In this document: in pieces, positions 38,986-39,076 of the stretch
Layout: each line of letters opens with the position of its first letter
Numbering within the stretch: the stretch's first letter is position 1
Position numbers and translations under genes: made by a program
The notes under the pieces: generated by a model
Database searches by the model: none
The model's input: only the letters and a program-made list of their open reading frames with translations
What the model was told of the DNA's origin: nothing
Source: Candidatus Omnitrophota bacterium
GTDB lineage: Bacteria; Omnitrophota; Gorgyraeia; Zapsychrales; JBDRMG01
Assembly: GCA_043812495.1 (NCBI GenBank)
Contig: JBDRMG010000003.1
Location: 1 to 39,076 of the forward strand
Reading direction: 5' to 3'
Length of the DNA: 39,076 nt

Positions 38986-39076
38986 ATCAATTACCCTGTG
39001 CCAAGAGCACAGGGTATGAAGGTCTATTCCCAAAGACGAAGCTGGACTTCTTTGGGCGTTTTCCCTTGTTCTTTTA
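38986..39076 (-). mobile_element. Right end of a probable IS200/IS605-family element (TnpA C-terminus plus subterminal hairpin), partial
   Basis: Frame 39074-39024 reads KEQGKTPKEVQLRLWE*, resembling the tail after the catalytic YxxxQ of IS200 TnpA; then perfect hairpin TACCCTGTGC-N5-GCACAGGGTA (38992-39016) and ATTGAT. Confidence 0.6.

Overview
A 39-kb bacterial chromosomal segment, mostly housekeeping genes on the minus strand. Gene content suggests a PVC-group / Candidatus Omnitrophota-like organism (inference only). Core genes: polX-PHP, tatD, dtd, a D-2-hydroxyacid dehydrogenase, STAS and cNMP-binding proteins, an exported FKBP PPIase, LysM-phoH-7TM/HD-ybeY-recO, HU-hisS-aspS, dnaE, guaB3-guaA, CIRCE-controlled groES-groEL and coaX. 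Envelope genes: a PilV/W/X-like minor pilin cluster, two peptidoglycan-binding lipoproteins, and four GT-C/TMTC-like membrane glycosyltransferase genes. Unusual points: (1) many larger intergenic gaps hold non-coding palindromic elements from several families, including a three-copy double-hairpin element upstream of both peptidoglycan-binding lipoproteins and an identical 21-bp palindrome inside two unrelated terminators; (2) a repeat-dense region at 12.7-14.2 kb with a duplicated 67-nt leader/terminator unit and an AT-rich orphan gene between 31-bp direct repeats; (3) an archaeal-type Hel308 helicase; (4) an AspRS lacking the GAD domain and a GMP synthase with a highly basic 80-aa N-terminal extension; (5) at the right edge, the probable end of an IS200/IS605 element that appears to interrupt the last TPR gene. 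No rRNA, tRNA or CRISPR array was seen. All calls come from reading motifs by eye; no database searches were run.
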